Positions 61,275 to 64,000 of a stretch of DNA of 64,000 bases are shown here, in pieces. Position 1 is the stretch's first letter; each line of letters starts with the position of its first letter. The stretch is from Octopus sinensis. Its lineage: Eukaryota. The notes below the pieces were generated by a model. It had not been told where the DNA came from and did no database searches. It saw nothing but the letters and a program-made list of their open reading frames with translations. The translations under genes were made by a program, and so were the position numbers. Where the stretch lies: positions 1,364,001 through 1,428,000 of the forward strand of contig NC_043024.1 in the NCBI RefSeq assembly GCF_006345805.1, given 5' to 3'.

Positions 61275-61325
61275 ATACATACACACATACATACATACAT
61301 ACATACTATATACATACACACACAT

Positions 61326-61364
<39 letters not shown>

Positions 61365-61790
61365 CATACACACACACATACATACATATATATACACACA
61401 TACATGCATACATACATACATGCATACGCACACATATATACACACATACATACATACGTACATACATACATACATACACACACACATACATACATACACA
61501 CATACATACACACATACATGCATACATACATACACACATATATGCATACATACATACACACATACATACATGCATACATACATACATACATACATGCATA
61601 CATACGTACATACATATATACATACATACATACATACATCATGCATACATACATACACACATACATACATACATATATACATACATGCATACGCACACAC
61701 ACATACATACAAATATACATACATATTTACATACATACATATATATACATGCACACACACACATGCACGCATACACGCATCCCACCCGCA
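61275..61790. repeat. (TACA)n/(CA)n microsatellite
   Basis: Low-complexity sequence. Confidence 0.95.
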
Positions 61791-62009
61791 CAGATGCACG
61801 CACTGGACGTCACTGGTGTTGCCATAGCGATTCCCACATGCGACGGCGAGTGCTACCGTCTGTCTGTCCGGCTGTCCGTCCGTCCGCCTGTCGAGTTCCC
61901 CGCACGTGAGCTGCGTGCGTATATCTGTGTTAATTAAACACCGTGCTTCAAATAAAACCCGTCCCGGACCGAACTCGTGACACTCTCTTCCCTCCACACA
62001 TAAAGAAAG
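61790..62009 (+). promoter_or_regulatory. CpG-enriched candidate promoter / non-coding first exon
   Basis: CpG-rich stretch in AT-rich surroundings, GACGTCA and CACGTG motifs, strong donor AAG|GTAAGC at 62010, 1.1 kb upstream of the 63141 acceptor. Confidence 0.35.
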
Positions 62010-62404
62010 GTAAGCTGGCCTCACCTCACTTGTTCTTGTTGTTCTTGTTGTTGCGATGGCATTGTCCCTATTACTTTTTTTTCCTTTTTTGTCCTTTGTT
62101 CTTTGTTCCTCTCTTTTGTCCCAGAAGCAGTTTTGGGGAACGGTTTTCGCAACTTGTGGAAGCGCCGAATTGAGATGATAAAAAAAGGAAGACTTCCCTC
62201 TATTTTAACTCATTTTCGGTCGTTTGACGGCGGCCATGCTGGAGCACTGCCTTTAAGTCGAACAAATCGACCGAAGCACTTAATTCTTTGTAATTCTTAA
62301 GTGCTTGTTGTATCGGACACTTTTGCCGAACCGCTAAGTCACGGGGGACGTAAACACACCAGCATCGGTTGTCAAGCGATGCTGGGAAGACAAACATACA
62401 GACA

Positions 62405-62412
62405 TATATGTA

Positions 62413-62449
<37 letters not shown>

Positions 62450-62820
62450 GTATGTATGTATATATGTATGTATGTATATATGTATGTATATATATATATG
62501 TATGTGTATATATATATGTATGTATATATATATGTATGTGTATATATATATGTATGTATATATATATATATGTATGTATATATATATGTATGTATATATA
62601 TATGTATGTATATATATATGTATGTATATATATATATGTATATATGTATATATGTGTGTGTGTATGTATGTATGTATGTATGTATATATATATGTATGCA
62701 TGTATATATATGTATGTATATATATGTATATATATATATATGTGTATGTATATATATATGTATGTATGTATATATATGTATGTATGTATATATATATATA
62801 TGTATGTATATATGTGTTTG

Positions 62821-62857
<37 letters not shown>

Positions 62858-62975
62858 ATATATATATAAATATATATATATGTATGTATATATATGTGTG
62901 TGTGTGTGTGTGTATGTATATATATGTTTTTGTGTGTGAGTATATATATGTGTGTATAAATATATGTATGTATAT
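62405..62975. repeat. (TATG)n/(TA)n microsatellite
   Basis: Low-complexity sequence. Confidence 0.95.
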
Positions 62976-63169
62976 GATTTATTCCAAGCTGAGATATATT
63001 GCTTCAAAGTCGATGACTGACGACTGTTATAGTTTTAATACCAACCTGACATAAATATATTCGTACTATCATTATATGATATCGTACTATACTATATTAT
63101 ATTGTATCAATTTATATTATTATGTTATATTATTTTTCAGAAGGAAGAAGCTGAGATAATTCTGCAGCC

Positions 63170-63218
63170 ATGGAAGAACAAGTCAAGTATTCCATGATAA
63201 TTGATCTTAAGAGCAAAA
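63170..63218 (+). CDS. Putative first coding exon of an unidentified gene (MEEQVKYSMIIDLKSK...), exon 63141-63218; gene would continue beyond the window
   Basis: Acceptor TATTTTTCAG, Kozak GCCATGG, in-frame TGA 15 nt upstream, donor GTGAGT. All three frames contain a stop across the exon, so it cannot be an internal coding exon. No homology recognised. Confidence 0.55.
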
Positions 63219-63289
63219 GTGAGTCTTTGACCGAATTCTTTCTCTCTCTTTCACTCTTATTTTATTCTGCCTCATTGATTGATTGATCT

Positions 63290-64000
63290 TTTCATCATCA
63301 TCATCATCATCAAGCATCCGCTTTCCATGCTAGCATGGGTTGTGCGGGTCAACTGGGGTCTGTGAAGCTGGAAGGCTTCGTCAGGCCCAGTCAGATCTGG
63401 CAGTGTTTCTATGGCTGGATGCCCTTCCTAACGCCAACCACTCTGTGAGTGTAGTGGGTGCTTTTTACGTGCCACCCGCACAGGTGCCAGACAGAGCTGG
63501 CAAACGGACACGGACGGATGGTGCTTTTTACGTGCCACCCACACAGGTGCCAGACAGAGCTGGCAAACGGCCACGAACAGATGGTGCTTTTACGTGCCAC
63601 CGACACGGGGCCAGACAGAGCTGGCAAACGGCCACAAACGGACGGTGCTTTTACGTGTCACCGGCACGGGGGCCAGCCGAGGCTGGCAACGGACACGAAC
63701 GGATGGTGCTTTTACGTGCCACCGACACGGGGCCAGACAGAGCTGGCAAACGGCCACAAACGGACGGTGCTTTTACGTGTCACCGGCACGGGGGCCAGCC
63801 GAGGCTGGCAACGGACACGAATGGATGGTGCTTTTACGTGCCACCGACACGGGGCCAGACAGAGCTGGCAAACGGCCACAAACGGACGGTGCTTTTACGT
63901 GTCACCGGCACGGGGGCCAGCCGAGGCTGGCAACGGACACGAACGGATGGTGCTTTTACGTTCCACCGACACGGGGCCAGACAGAGCTGGCAAACGGCCA
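63290..64000 (-). mobile_element. RTE LINE 3' UTR copy with expanded VNTR (alternating 61-bp A/B units, 122-bp dimer), runs off the window
   Basis: (ATC)n tail, the conserved 3' UTR block, then units starting at 63583, 63644, 63705, 63766, 63827, 63888, 63949. Confidence 0.88.

Overview
This is a repeat-dominated animal genomic window, not a prokaryotic one. The SINE/LINE repertoire and long (TA)n/(CA)n/(TACA)n tracts look like an octopus (coleoid cephalopod) genome; that attribution is from recognition, not a database search. One complete protein-coding gene can be assembled by hand on the minus strand: CHORDC1 (morgana/CHP-1, an Hsp90 co-chaperone). It has 9 coding exons from 29739 down to 7494, 912 nt, 303 aa, with two CHORD domains and a CS domain, and all splice phases are compatible. 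A probable start-codon exon of a second, unidentified plus-strand gene lies at 63141-63218. Nearly all long ORFs in the track are microsatellite or satellite translations. The rest is tRNA-derived SINEs, LINE fragments (RTE, CR1, Tx1-like), decayed Tc1/mariner and hAT transposases, MITEs and a non-autonomous Helitron. The observations most worth following up are: (1) a 4.4-kb 67-bp satellite in CHORDC1 intron 3 that grew out of the VNTR in an RTE LINE 3' UTR, with a second independent dimeric expansion at the window end; (2) a minimal type I hammerhead ribozyme at 42574-42618; (3) three of eight CHORDC1 acceptors are non-YAG; (4) a head-to-tail SINE trimer inside one 18-bp TSD; (5) two inverted MITE copies bracketing a hAT transposase remnant; (6) a cluster of long fold-back repeats. 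No CRISPR array, rRNA or genuine tRNA gene was seen.
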